From: Eledone cirrhosa | Taxonomy: Eukaryota | Reading direction: 5' to 3' | DNA: 64,000 nt | NCBI GenBank assembly: GCA_964016885.1 | Contig: OZ024747.1 | Coordinates: forward strand, 2,542,001-2,606,000 | In this document: positions 40,276-54,588 of the stretch, piece after piece | Position numbering within the stretch: the stretch's first letter is position 1 | Layout of the letters: every line of letters starts with the position of its first letter | Program-made: the position numbers and the translations under genes | Notes under the pieces: generated by a model | Told to the model about the DNA's origin: nothing | Seen by the model: only the letters and a program-made list of their open reading frames with translations | Database searches by the model: none

Positions 40276-40755
40276 ATCATCATCATTAGCATCAACTACG
40301 TTACCATTTATAGTCACTTGTAGGAACAACAAAAAACAACATAAATAATAAATAATAAATAAACAATATTTCTTCACCTCAAACCTAAATAAAATCTGTA
40401 GTATTAATATTGGTTCCTGTTCCACATTAAATATCAATACCTTTGTCTTTATCTCACAAACTTTTCTACTAAATCACCAAAATATATTTAGTACTCTAAC
40501 TAAACTTTATTCTTTCTGTATTTTCTTCAACATTATCAGACGATGTTGTTCAGTTACGTGACAAGTTGAAAACATTTGTTTTCCTCAAACCAATTAATAC
40601 ACTAGTGATTTTTGGGATGGAATTGACATGTTACCGAAATCATTACATAAGTTGTTACTTTTAATTATTCTAATGTGAAGTCGAAATTTTGTTTTATTCT
40701 GAAATGTTTTTAAGAGGGAATATTACTTTCTATTCAGGGTGTTTTATTGAGGCTG

Positions 40756-40950
<195 letters not shown>

Positions 40951-41096
40951 CTGTGTGTTAGAATTGGTGCTCTGAAATAGCGATGTATATATGAATGTAT
41001 ATATAGTGTATTTTGCAATACACTGTATGCTTAATTAAAAGCATTTTGAAGACCTTACTCTATTGTTTTAAAGTAGTGACTATGTCACTTACTTCT

Positions 41097-41188
41097 TTTT
41101 TCAGCAAACAAAGGGAGATAAGCTGACAGATCTCTGTTTCGTACTGTTGGTACTCCTCAGAGCTTACCACTCCCTTTGCCTGCTGAAA
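41097..41188 (-). ncRNA. Type I hammerhead ribozyme (minus-strand copy)
   Basis: Reverse complement of the plus copy; intact core; predicted GUC cleavage between 41125 and 41124. Confidence 0.88.
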
Positions 41189-41277
41189 ATTATGAATATT
41201 GGATTCTTATAGAATTCCAGTAATAATCAGGAACTGATTATACAGAGCGGTTGCCAATAAGAATCCAATATTCATAA

Positions 41278-41369
41278 TTTTCAGCAGGCAAAGGGAGTGC
41301 TAAGCTCTGAGGAGTACCAACAGTACGAAACAGAGATCTGTCAGCTTATCTCCCTTTGTTTGCTGAAAA
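41278..41369 (+). ncRNA. Type I hammerhead ribozyme, canonical, with extended stem I
   Basis: taagct-CTGAGGA-gtac(caaca)gtac-GAAA-cag(agat)ctg-TC-agctta; stem I extends cagcaggcaaagggag/ctccctttgtttgctg past a small internal loop; GUC at 41340-41342. Confidence 0.92.
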
Positions 41370-41453
41370 AAGAAGTAAGTGACATAGTCACTACTTTAAA
41401 ACAATAGAGTAAGGTCTTCAAAATGCTTTTAAGCATACAGTGTATTGCAAAAT

Positions 41454-41460
41454 ATGTATA

Positions 41461-41501
<41 letters not shown>

Positions 41502-41524
41502 GTATATATATATATATATTTATG

Positions 41525-41619
<95 letters not shown>

Positions 41620-41680
41620 ATATATATATATATGTATATATATGTATATGTATATGTATGTATATGTATATATATATTTA
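41454..41680. repeat. (TA)n-rich microsatellite
   Basis: Direct reading. Confidence 0.95.
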
Positions 41681-43899
41681 TTTATTTTAAACTGCAAGCT
41701 AGTAATCTACCAGATTTTTTTCTCCACAACACATCACCTGTATTTCAATTATTACTGTTAACTAACTTAATGTCTGAATTTCTAATTAAATTCTTCCCTG
41801 CTAACTCTAACAACACTAATGGTAATTTATTGAGGTTATATTTATATAGTCAATGACTAGCATTAAATTACAATGTATTCTACTGGACTTATTTTCAAAT
41901 CTTCATAAATGCTATCTCTATTATGTATGCAATTTATTTATGATTCTTTTATTTTGTGTCCACTTCCTTTATCTCTGAGGTAGCCTCTACATTCAATTTT
42001 CCCACCTCTATTGTAAAAAGGCTGTGTTAGTAAAATGATAAAAAGCACCCAGTCCATGCTGGAAATGTGGTTGGCATAGGGAAGGGCATCCAAACAGAAA
42101 CAGTTTTGTATGATCTGACTCATCTTACAATGGGACAACTTGTCTAACCCATGCTACCATGGTAAAATGGATGTTAAACTGGTTGTGGTGATGGTGATGG
42201 TGATTCAGCATGACACAGGGTGGGACAAGGCTGGCTTTTTGAATTACAGATAAAGATGTTTGGATAACGTACATAAGCTTAGCTGGTCTCGCTTGGGGAT
42301 CCAGCCGGATCAGTTGAAAACAGTTGCTTCTGACAGGACCCACTAGAAGGAGTGTTTGAGGAATCTACCCCTATGACCCTCTCAAACAAGTGGGCGAAGA
42401 AGAAGGTAAATTTCATCGTTTGAAACAATTTCAACCTACCCAATTTTACTGATACGGTTTGGAACAAATGGAAGCTATGATAAAAATCCCTTGTTCAATA
42501 TGCCATATAGTATCACTTGTTCAATATGCCATATAGTATCACTTGTTCAATATGCCATATAGTAGGTTTGAAACTGTAACCTGATGGTTGAGAAGCAAAC
42601 TTCTTAACTATTTGGTCATATTGCATCTTATCTCTCTATATCATAAATGAATCAAACAGACATGCTGTCTAAATCACGAACTTATCATGCAATTGCTTTA
42701 TCACCATGCTCCCAAAGTATTTTTTCTAACACATCATCTCTGTTAAATTCTACTGCTTTGTTTTTCACTCTCTGCCACTATCTTAATGTTTGCACAGCTT
42801 GGGTCATACAAACTGAGCTGTTATCACATTTGAAACTAAACAGTTATCCACATACTACAATCCTTCAAGGGTTGTTGTGTTACCCTCAGAGATATTACTC
42901 CTGTATTTTTTTTTTCAGTTTTGTATTAATGTCGAAATGTTTAAAGGTTAAGAATTGTTACATTGTTGCTGTTGACATTGTTGTCGATATTGGTACTACT
43001 GTTGTTGTTGTTATTGTTGATACTGATACTACTGGTGTTGTTGATATTATTGTTGTTGTTGTTGTCACTGTTGTTGTTGTTTACCCTAAGTGGCTAATTA
43101 CTACCACACTGTCCCTTTCTTCGTGATATTCTACTCTGCAAAAATAAAGAAAATATAAAAAAAAAACACACACAAATCTATAAATGATATCAAAATATAT
43201 AACTTTAACATAAAAAAGTAAACTAGAACCGACCATAAGAGACAAAAAGCAAGCAATTCCATTAAGCAATGGCTGGTATCTTTGCTTGCTGCTTTAAAAC
43301 CAATATAAATTGTTTCCTAAGCTTATCAATAATTGTTTATTTTTTCATGTCTGCAGTATTGCACTGACAACTGGTTTCAACTTTATTGATTGAATCCCAT
43401 AAAAAATCCATTTGGATAATCCAACAGCCTATATTAGCGAATCCATTTCAGTTCCTGTAATGCCATTTTCAGCCATTAGCTAGTTTTACTTCTTTGACAC
43501 TTCGTTGCTGCCCAAAGCATCTGTATCTTTACCCTGTTTCATTTCTCGCAGCTGTGCTAATATTATACCTTCTCTGGCTGATCAAACCACACCACTAAAC
43601 ATACTCAGGCTTTTACCTTTTTTAAGGGATACTTTTCTATCATATGCCTTTTTATTTTTCTGCATTTTTTGTCCATATATTATTTTCTTCTTCATAGAAA
43701 AAAATCCTTTATTTTTCTCTGTGTGTAGTGATATGACCAGGTATTAATCCAAATGGGTTGGGCAAAACAACATTTTTTCACTTCTCTTCAACATAAAGGT
43801 CAGTTTGCAATGAATGCACTTCTCTTAAAATCAAATCCCCCTATATAATAAAAGAAACCCTATCATTTTCTATTTCCCAATAAACACCAATATGGATAG

Positions 43900-44392
43900 C
43901 ATCATCATCATCATCATCATCATTATGGTCAGCATTCTTGATATTGGACCCACCACAACCCTTCTCTTCCTCCTTATTATCATCATCATCACCACCATCA
44001 CATCATCATTGTCATCATCACCACCACCACCATCAAAGAACCAAACTTCTATCTTGAAACTTTCTATCTCAACTACTAACATGACAGCTATTAAGATCCT
44101 TATCACTATTATCCCAACAACCACCACCACCACCACCATAAAAACCACCACCATCACCACGACCACCACCATAAAATCCACCATGACCACCACTACCACC
44201 ACCACCGCCACCACCACCACCACCACTACCACCACCACCACCACCACCACCACCACCACCACTGCCACCACCACCACCACCACCACCACCACCACCACCA
44301 CCACCACCGCCACCACTACCACCACCACCGCCGCCACCACCACCACCACCACCACCACCACCACCACCACCACCACCACCACAAACAACAAC
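43900..44392. repeat. (CAT)n and long (CAC)n trinucleotide tracts
   Basis: Direct reading; source of the poly-T/V/G ORFs. Confidence 0.95.
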
Positions 44393-45019
44393 ATAAGGTA
44401 GAAACATGTTGGGAATTGTTACAATCAATTCTTCAGAGAAAATATATCATTTTACAAGAATATTTACTTTCCTAAGAAATGACCAAATTATTTTCTAATA
44501 TTTCTATCATTGATTTGTTATGACATTTTAAAATATTCTAATATTGCTAATTTATACTGATTAGGCAGAGTTTACAGACATCTTATTATTCTCTACACTA
44601 CAGTCTACTTCTACATCAACAACATTATAATAACAATAATGACGGTAATAATGATGATGATGATGATGGTGATAATAACTACAATGGTTTAGTTTTGAAA
44701 GCTTTAAATATTGTAGAATACATCACAATTGTTATAATATATCGGTTGATTGTAGGCCGGCTTCAGCTTAGTATACACAAGTGTCTTTTGAGTGTTCCAG
44801 TGGAATGGTATATGAAAAGATGATCATCATGATAATGGTGATGCTATACAATCTTACACACACACACACATATATATATATATGCATACGTATACATATA
44901 TATATATACATATATATATATATGCATATATATATTTATATATACAGGTACAGACATACACAGATATTTTATAGAGATATATTTGTGCATAATTATCTCA
45001 TACTGATATACATCTGTAT

Positions 45020-45088
<69 letters not shown>

Positions 45089-45091
<3 letters not shown>

Positions 45092-46688
45092 TCATCATCA
45101 TCATCATCACCGTTTTACGTCCGTTCTTCCACGCTAGCATGGGTTAGACGGGTTGTCCTGTTGTGGGCAGTGTCTGGTCGGCTGACCATGCCTTGCTCAT
45201 ACAGGAACTGATCTGGCTTGATTTCTACAGCTGGATGCCCTTCCTAACACCAACCTCATTTACAGTGAGTGCTGGGTGCTTTTTCGTGGCGCCTACACGT
45301 CCACTTTACAGTGTGGGCTGGGTGCTTTTTTGCCGTGGCACCTCCACGACCACCTTGCGGTGGGGGGGGGGGGGGGGCATATTGTTTATATGCTTCAGCA
45401 TGTACCCATGGGAGGTCGGGTACCCTGTATTACTGCGTGACGCCAGAAGTCACGGTCGTGTGTCATTGACTTTGAGAGGTGTAGTTGGGTAAGGTCGGCT
45501 TTTATCACCTCATCCCAAGTCATCTTGGGTCTCCCCACTCCGCGGTTTCCATCAACTTCTAGTGCTCTGCACCTTTTTATGCAGCTGTCATCCTTCATAC
45601 GCATCACATGTCCATACCAGCGTAACCGCCTCTCCTGCACGCAGCATTTGATTCCTCTTATGCTCAGTCTCTCTCTCAATTCATTTATGCTTTGTCGTTC
45701 ACGTATATTACTGTTACACATCCATCGGAGCATGCAGGCTTCGTTTCTCTCTAATCTACGTAAGTCTTCCACCTTCAGCGCCCAGGTCTCACTACCATGC
45801 AACATCGCTGTTCGGATACACGCATCATACAGTCTGCCTTTCATTCTGAGGGAGAAGCCTTTTGCAGCTAGCAGTGGTAGTAGTTCCCTAAACTTCTTCC
45901 ATCCCGTTCTTACCCTAGTTATTGTACTTTCTGAGCACCCACCTCCGTTGCTAATTCGGTCACCTAGGTAGCAGAAGCTGTCTACTGTTTCTACAGGGCC
46001 CTCCCAGAGATTGGTGGTACTTGTTTCCTGTGGCTGTTTGCTTGCTGTTTCAGCACAGCTGCTGCATGTGAATCCTACATTCTTAATTAAGCTTCCTGAG
46101 ATCCCGCTACATCTCTTGTGTACCCATTGTTTGCATTTGGGGCAAAGAATGGAGTTCCTACCTACACCTTTCCTACATACTGAGCAAGGCCATTTCCCTG
46201 AGGGGATCTGGGTTCTGTTTTCTCGTCTACTTATAAGGACCTTAGTCTTTGTCATGTTGACTTTGAGGCCCTTTCTCTCTAGTCCCTGCTTCCAGGTTTG
46301 GAATTTATTCTCTAGTTCTACCATAGATTCAGCTATGAGTGCGAGGTCATCAGCATACAGGAGTTCCCATGGGCATCCGGTCTTAAACTCCTCCGTTATT
46401 GCCTGCAGGACTATGATGAACAGGAGAGGGCTAAGAACAGAGCCCTGGTGGACCCCAACCTGTACGCTAAATTCCTCGCTATACTCATTGCTAATCCTAA
46501 CTTTGCTGACTACTCCCCTATACATGGCTTGTACCGCTTTCACAAGCCATTCATCTACTCCTAGTTTTCTAAGAGCCCACCAGATTACTGCACGTGGAAC
46601 TCTGTCAAAGGCTTTCTCAAGGTCGACAAATGCCAAGTAGAGTGGCTTACTTTTAGCTAGGTACTTTTCCTGTAATTGCCTCACAAGG
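45089..46688 (-). mobile_element. 5'-truncated RTE-type LINE with uninterrupted RT/C-terminal frame, flanked by (TA)n
   Basis: 3' UTR 45089-45394 with (GAT)n tail; coding region 45395-46688. Confidence 0.95.
45395..46688 (-). CDS. LINE reverse transcriptase, partial (~430 aa, no native start), with an embedded C4HC3 finger
   Basis: [59 protein letters not shown]; the N-terminal 57 aa of the listed ORF are microsatellite. Confidence 0.9.
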
Positions 46689-46747
46689 AATATATATATG
46701 TACATATATATATGTATATATATATATGTATATATAAATATATATAC

Positions 46748-46823
<76 letters not shown>

Positions 46824-47094
46824 ATATATATACACATACACACAAAGACAGGTCGCATATAAATATATATATATATACTTAAATATGTAGAGATATTTAT
46901 ATATGTAAAGTGTTATTAGGTTACAGTTACTATGTATATCAAGATTTGTATGTAAGTCCTTTTTAGTTGATAGTGTAAGCTAGAGAGTAAAATGGAGGAT
47001 TAGTTCTAAATAAGATGAACATGGCTAGACATCTAGAAATAGTACGGCATACTTCTTTAAATATCACCTTCATTAATATCATTTTATGTTTGTT

Positions 47095-47260
47095 TTCAAA
47101 GCTGGCATGGGTTGGATAGGTTGTTATAGTTCATGACTAAAAAAGTTGAGAGGAGCATATCTTGCGCATACATTCCTTTTTTGATATCATTTTTAAAGCT
47201 AGATGCCCTTCCTAATGCCAACCACCTTACAGAGCATACAGGATGTATTTTAGCATGGCA
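47095..47260 (-). mobile_element. RTE-type 3' UTR relic that seeds the satellite
   Basis: gctggcatgggttgga...gatgcccttcctaatgccaaccaccttacagag. Confidence 0.75.
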
Positions 47261-50200
47261 CTGGCACTACCACTTTACAGAGTGTACAGAATACATTTTA
47301 TTGTGGCACCAACACTATCACTTTACAGAGTGTACAGAATACATTTTATCGTGGGACCAACATTACCACTTTACAGAGTGTACAGAATACATTTTATTGT
47401 GGCACCAACACTACCACTTTACAGAGTGTACAGAATACATTTTATTGTGGCACCTACACTACCACTTTACAGAGTGTACAGAATACATTTTATTGTGGCA
47501 CCAACACTATCACTTTATAGAGTGTACAGAATACATTTTATCGTGGCACCAACACTATCACTTTATAGAGTGTACAGAATACATTTTATCGTGGCACCAA
47601 CACTATCACTTTACAGAGTGTACAGAATACATTTTATCGTGGCACCAACATTACCACTTTACAGAGTGTACAGAATACATTTTATTGTGGCACCAACACT
47701 ACCACTTTACAGAGTGTACAGAATACATTTTATTGTGGCACCAACACTACCACTTTACAGAGTGTACAGAATACATTTTATTGTGACACCAACATTACCA
47801 CTTTACAGAGTGTACAGAATACATTTTATTGTGGCACCAACATTACCACTTTACAGAGTGTACAGAATACATTTTATTGTGACACCAACACTACCACTTT
47901 ACAGAGTGTACAGAATACATTTTATTGTGACACCAACACTACCACTTTACAGAGTGTACAGAATACATTTTATTGTGACACCAACACTACCACTTTACAG
48001 AGTGTACAGAATACATTTTATTGTGGCACCAACATTACCACTTTACAGAGTGTACAGAATACATTTTATTGTGACACCAACATTACCACTTTACAGAGTG
48101 TACAGAATACATTTTATTGTGGCACCAACATTACCACTTTACAGAGTGTACAGAATACATTTTATTGTGACACCAACACTACCACTTTACAGAGTGTACA
48201 GAATACATTTTATTGTGACACCAACACTACCACTTTACAGAGTGTACAGAATACATTTTATTGTGGCACCAACACTACCACTTTACAGAGTGTACAGAAT
48301 ACATTTTATTGTGACACCAACACTACCACTTTACAGAGTGTACAGAATACATTTTATTGTGGCACCAACATTACCACTTTACAGAGTGTACAGAATACAT
48401 TTTATTGTGGCACCAACATTACCACTTTACAGAGTGTACAGAATACATTTTATTGTGACACCAACACTACCACTTTACAGAGTGTACAGAATACATTTTA
48501 TTGTGACACCAACACTACCACTTTACAGAGTGTACAGAATACATTTTATTGTGACACCAACACTACCACTTTACAGAGTGTACAGAATACATTTTATTGT
48601 GGCACCAACATTACCACTTTACAGAGTGTACAGAATACATTTTATTGTGGCACCAACACTACCACTTTACAGAGTGTACAGAATACATTTTATTGTGACA
48701 CCAACACTACCACTTTACAGAGTGTACAGAATACATTTTATTGTGACACCAACACTACCACTTTACAGAGTGTACAGAATACATTTTATTGTGACACCAA
48801 CACTACCACTTTACAGAGTGTACAGAATACATTTTATTGTGACATCAACACTACCACTTTACAGAGTGTACAGAATACATTTTATTGTGACACCAACACT
48901 ACCACTTTACAGAGTGTACAGAATACATTTTATTGTGGCACCAACACTACCACTTTACAGAGTGTACAGAATACATTTTATTGTGACACCAACACTACCA
49001 CTTTACAGAGTGTACAGAATACATTTTATTGTGACACCAACACTACCACTTTACAGAGTGTACAGAATACATTTTATTGTGGCACCAACACTATCACTTT
49101 ATAGAGTGTACAGAATACATTTTATCGTGGCACCAACACTATCACTTTATAGAGTGTACAGAATACATTTTATCGTGGCACCAACACTATCACTTTACAG
49201 AGTGTACAGAATACATTTTATCGTGGCACCAACATTACCACTTTACAGAGTGTACAGAATACATTTTATTGTGGCACCAACACTACCACTTTACAGAGTG
49301 TACAGAATACATTTTATTGTGGCACCAACACTACCACTTTACAGAGTGTACAGAATACATTTTATTGTGACACCAACATTACCACTTTACAGAGTGTACA
49401 GAATACATTTTATTGTGGCACCAACATTACCACTTTACAGAGTGTACAGAATACATTTTATTGTGACACCAACACTACCACTTTACAGAGTGTACAGAAT
49501 ACATTTTATTGTGACACCAACACTACCACTTTACAGAGTGTACAGAATACATTTTATTGTGACACCAACACTACCACTTTACAGAGTGTACAGAATACAT
49601 TTTATTGTGGCACCAACATTACCACTTTACAGAGTGTACAGAATACATTTTATTGTGACACCAACATTACCACTTTACAGAGTGTACAGAATACATTTTA
49701 TTGTGGCACCAACATTACCACTTTACAGAGTGTACAGAATACATTTTATTGTGACACCAACACTACCACTTTACAGAGTGTACAGAATACATTTTATTGT
49801 GACACCAACACTACCACTTTACAGAGTGTACAGAATACATTTTATTGTGGCACCAACACTACCACTTTACAGAGTGTACAGAATACATTTTATTGTGACA
49901 CCAACACTACCACTTTACAGAGTGTACAGAATACATTTTATTGTGGCACCAACATTACCACTTTACAGAGTGTACAGAATACATTTTATTGTGACACCAA
50001 CATTACCACTTTACAGAGTGTACAGAATACATTTTATTGTGGCACCAACATTACCACTTTACAGAGTGTACAGAATACATTTTATTGTGACACCAACACT
50101 ACCACTTTACAGAGTGTACAGAATACATTTTATTGTGACACCAACACTACCACTTTACAGAGTGTACAGAATACATTTTATTGTGGCACCAACACTACCA

Positions 50201-51797
50201 CTTTACAGAGTGTACAGAATACATTTTATTGTGACACCAACACTACCACTTTACAGAGTGTACAGAATACATTTTATTGTGACACCAACACTACCACTTT
50301 ACAGAGTGTACAGAATACATTTTATTGTGACACCAACACTACCACTTTACAGAGTGTACAGAATACATTTTATTGTGACACCAACACTACCACTTTACAG
50401 AGTGTACAGAATACATTTTATTGTGACACCAACATTACCACTTTACAGAGTGTACAGAATACATTTTATTGTGGCACCAACACTACCACTTTACAGAGTG
50501 TACAGAATACATTTTATTGTGACACCAACACTACCACTTTACAGAGTGTACAGAATACATTTTATTGTGACACCAACACTACCACTTTACAGAGTGTACA
50601 GAATACATTTTATTGTGGCACCAACACTACCACTTTACAGAGTGTACAGAATACATTTTATTGTGACACCAACATTACCACTTTACAGAGTGTACAGAAT
50701 ACATTTTATTGTGGCACCAACACTACCACTTTACAGAGTGTACAGAATACATTTTATTGTGACACCAACACTACCACTTTACAGAGTGTACAGAATACAT
50801 TTTATTGTGGCACCAACATTACCACTTTACAGAGTGTACAGAATACATTTTATTGTGACACCAACACTACCACTTTACAGAGTGTACAGAATACATTTTA
50901 TTGTGACACCAACACTACCACTTTACAGAGTGTACAGAATACATTTTATTGTGGCACCAACACTACCACTTTACAGAGTGTACAGAATACATTTTATTGT
51001 GACACCAACACTACCACTTTACAGAGTGTACAGAATACATTTTATTGTGACACCAACACTACCACTTTACAGAGTGTACAGAATACATTTTTTTGTGGCA
51101 CCAACACTACCACTTTACAGAGTGTACAGAATACATTTTATTGTGACACCAACATTACCACTTTACAGAGTGTACAGAATACATTTTATTGTGGCACCAA
51201 CACTACCACTTTACAGAGTGTACAGAATACATTTTATTGTGGCACGAACATTACCACTTTACTGAGTGTACAGAATACATTTTATCGTGGCACCAACATT
51301 ACCACTTTACAGAGTGTACAGAATACATTTTATTGTGGCACCAACACTACCACTTTACAGAGTGTACAGAATACATTTTATTGTGGCACCAACACTATCA
51401 CTTTACAGAGTGTACAGAATACATTTTATTGTGGCACCAACACTATCACTTTATAGAGTGTACAGAATACATTTTATTGTGGCACCAACACTACCACTTT
51501 ACAGAGTGTACAGAATACATTTTATTGTGACACCAACATTACCACTTTACAGAGTGTACAGAATACATTTTATTGTGGCACCAACATTACCACTTTACAG
51601 AGTGTACAGAATACATTTTATTGTGGCACCAACATTACCACTTTACAGAGTGTACAGAATACATTTGATTGTGACACCAACACTACCACTTTACAGAGTG
51701 TACAGAATACATTTTATTGTGGCACCAACACTACCACTTTACAGAGTGTACAGAATACATTTGATTGTGACACCAACACTACCACTTTACAGAGTGC
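47261..51797. repeat. 48-bp tandem satellite, ~94 units
   Basis: attttattgtg(g/a)caccaaca(c/t)taccactttacagagtgtacagaatac; 16-aa period in the ORF track. Confidence 0.98.
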
Positions 51798-53879
51798 AAT
51801 GGATGCATTTTGTCATGAAACAAGCACTCCTTACAAATCAACCACCTAAAGGTTGGGTGTTTGGATGTTGTCATGAGTGGACTAGGGGAGAAGTGGTGAT
51901 GGCCAACTACACAGTTGTCATTGCCGGAATAGGGGAGGATATTTGTAAGATTCGAGACAGGGGTGGGATATATATACAGAATTAGGGGTACATCTCTTTC
52001 ACATGGGCAACATTGAGCAATAAATACAGGAATAGGTAGGCGGGTATTGTTGGGGGTTTAATAAAATCTAAGATATCACTAGCTCTACGAACAAATCAGG
52101 AGATAGAACTAATAGGATAGCTGTATGTCTAAAAAGTAAGTCTATATATGTTTGTGCGAATGTGTGTATACAAGTATCTACACACATATATATATATATA
52201 ATCTTCAGGTTTTGCCTTATTTTTCTTGATTCCCAGTCTATTACACACACACACACATATATATATACACTTTAAATGTGGTTGGCGTCAGGAAGGGCAG
52301 AAACCCCCTATTTGAGCGAGACACGGTCACTCGACACAACTTGCCTTAAATTAGGACCTGTTTAACCCATGCTAGCATGGAAGATAGACGTTAATCGATG
52401 ATATATATATATATATAATGTATATAGGGTAAAGATCACCCTTCAGTCACAAGTGGAACAAGTAACAAACACACACACAAATATATATATGCATATATTA
52501 TGTGTGTATGTATTGATATACAATTGTATATGTATAGGCACATACGCATACACGCACTTACACACACACGCATGCAAGCAAAAATACAAGTTCTTTATTC
52601 TTAAGAGGATTCAAACAACACATTGTTCAGAAAGGGAGATTGTCTGCTTCAGTATCTTATAAGTAACACTTCAATATTATTTGTGTACAGACTTTCATAA
52701 AATATAGTTTTAACCTCCACATTCTTTCTCTGTGTACTTAGAGATGATGGCAACAGTGAGGAGAGTTATATTAAGACCTGTATTAAGACTTATATTAAGA
52801 CTTATATTAAGACTTATGCTAAGTAGTGAAAAATTATTAAATTGGTTCCATTTGGTTTGGTACTAATAGAAGCTTTGACAGACTTAAGATTAGAAACAAA
52901 ACAACCAAAAGCCAAATGTATAAAAGTGAGATATTCACCAGCAGTGTCATTTAAAAAGTTGACTACTTACACTTAGTACTAAGGTACTAACTTGTTTACT
53001 TTAATAGTATGTTGTAAAGGAGATATGTTGTTTTCATACTTACATGTTGAGTTCTATAGATATAGGATGGACTTTCATGCAGTCTCTGTCTACCGAACGC
53101 CATTCACAAATTCTTTGACAACCTGAAGCAACAGCAAAAAACATTTGCCCAAATTGCTGCAGAGCGGAATCAAAATTCGAGTCATATTATTGAAAACCAA
53201 ATGAAAACAAATGTGAAACACAGAAAAATACAAAGTTTACTTTTACATGTTTTATAGCTAGTTTGTTGGTCATTAGAAGACAAGTACCTTTATACTTCCA
53301 CTTATGAAAAAAGCTTATAGAAAAAAGCTATTTGTATCAAGCACATAACAGAACTTAACTGAAATGGTTGAAAAGCTGGAGGAACCAGATGACCAGATGT
53401 ATAGACAGATGTGATCACATGAAATAGAGATTAGTTTCAATCCCATTTGGGGATTTCATCAGTGGTTGATTACCCACTTTAATTGTCAATATAGACACTA
53501 TAAAGCCACTAGTATATATAAACATGGCACTATGTATGTAATGCTTTCGCTAAAACCTATGGATATATCAGGTCTAAACAGATTTGATGCCATCACTTTT
53601 ACATAACCAACGTAATGAAAGCGAGTTGTAGAAATCACAGTTACATAATGTCCTCAATACAAAGGTAGAGAAGAGATACATATTTCTTTCATGTAGAAAT
53701 GACTTATATATATATATATATATCATGGATCTGATGGTATTGTAGCGGTGCCATCCTTATATAGGGCATGTTTTGGCCATATTAAACCTCATCGAACCCA
53801 TACCTTTCCTGATCCCTCTGTCTCTCTCTCCCTATATATATATAAAGAGAGAGAGAGATGTTGATGACACACATATTTA

Positions 53880-53923
<44 letters not shown>

Positions 53924-54507
53924 TCTATATATACATATATATACATATATATATACATATCTATGTTTATACACACACCCATATATATATATAGAGAGAG
54001 AGAAAAACACACATGAATGAGCAGAGTGTTTTCACTCTTCAGAATTTTCATGTCTATCACCGTACTATAATTTTGTATAGCACAATAGTGTTAACTCATA
54101 TATAATAATACAATAGTGTTACTTTTTATAGTGCAAATATCATAGTGAGAATGGATACGTTAACAATTGCAATGCATTAATCACAGATTATTACAAGATA
54201 TTCCAGTACTGTAACAATATGGCTTTCAGCTGCTTCACATGCAAACCATTACAAACTAATATTACTTTAGTGATATAATATTATGCATTATGATATTAAT
54301 GTCTAACATCATTTAGCTTTCGGAGACATGTCCAATCATATTTCCAAATTGTAGACTTTATTCTTCATTTAGAAATAAATGTAAAATATAAATAAAATTT
54401 ACTTTTATTATTAGATGTTTATAGTATCCAACCTAATGGAATACATCTTGCATAAAATCTGCAAAGTGTAGCAATGCTATTTTCTTGTAAATCAACATAT
54501 ATATACA

Positions 54508-54588
<81 letters not shown>

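Larger units (their letters stand above)
41009..41453. mobile_element. Palindromic ribozyme-bearing element (~200-bp arms, 46-bp spacer); probable inverted pLTR pair of a Penelope-like or retrozyme-like element
   Basis: 41009-41210 is the reverse complement of 41257-41453 with about one substitution and a 4-nt indel; (TA)n tracts on both sides. Confidence 0.8.

Noticed and set aside
40530-40580. Hammerhead-like cagacga...gaaa
   Set aside because: Core U4 missing and stems poor; at most a decayed relic
42490-42563. Short tandem duplications (26 bp x3; similar at 30795, 52768, 62413)
   Set aside because: Ordinary slippage products
43870-44428. Poly-Thr, poly-Val and Gly-rich ORFs (mucin- or GRP-like)
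   Set aside because: Translations of a (CAC)n tract in several frames; no splice or domain support
47243-51985. 1340-aa and neighbouring ORFs as a repeat protein; the array as a CRISPR
   Set aside because: Pure 48-bp tandem with no unique spacers, derived from a LINE UTR; the open frame follows from the unit length
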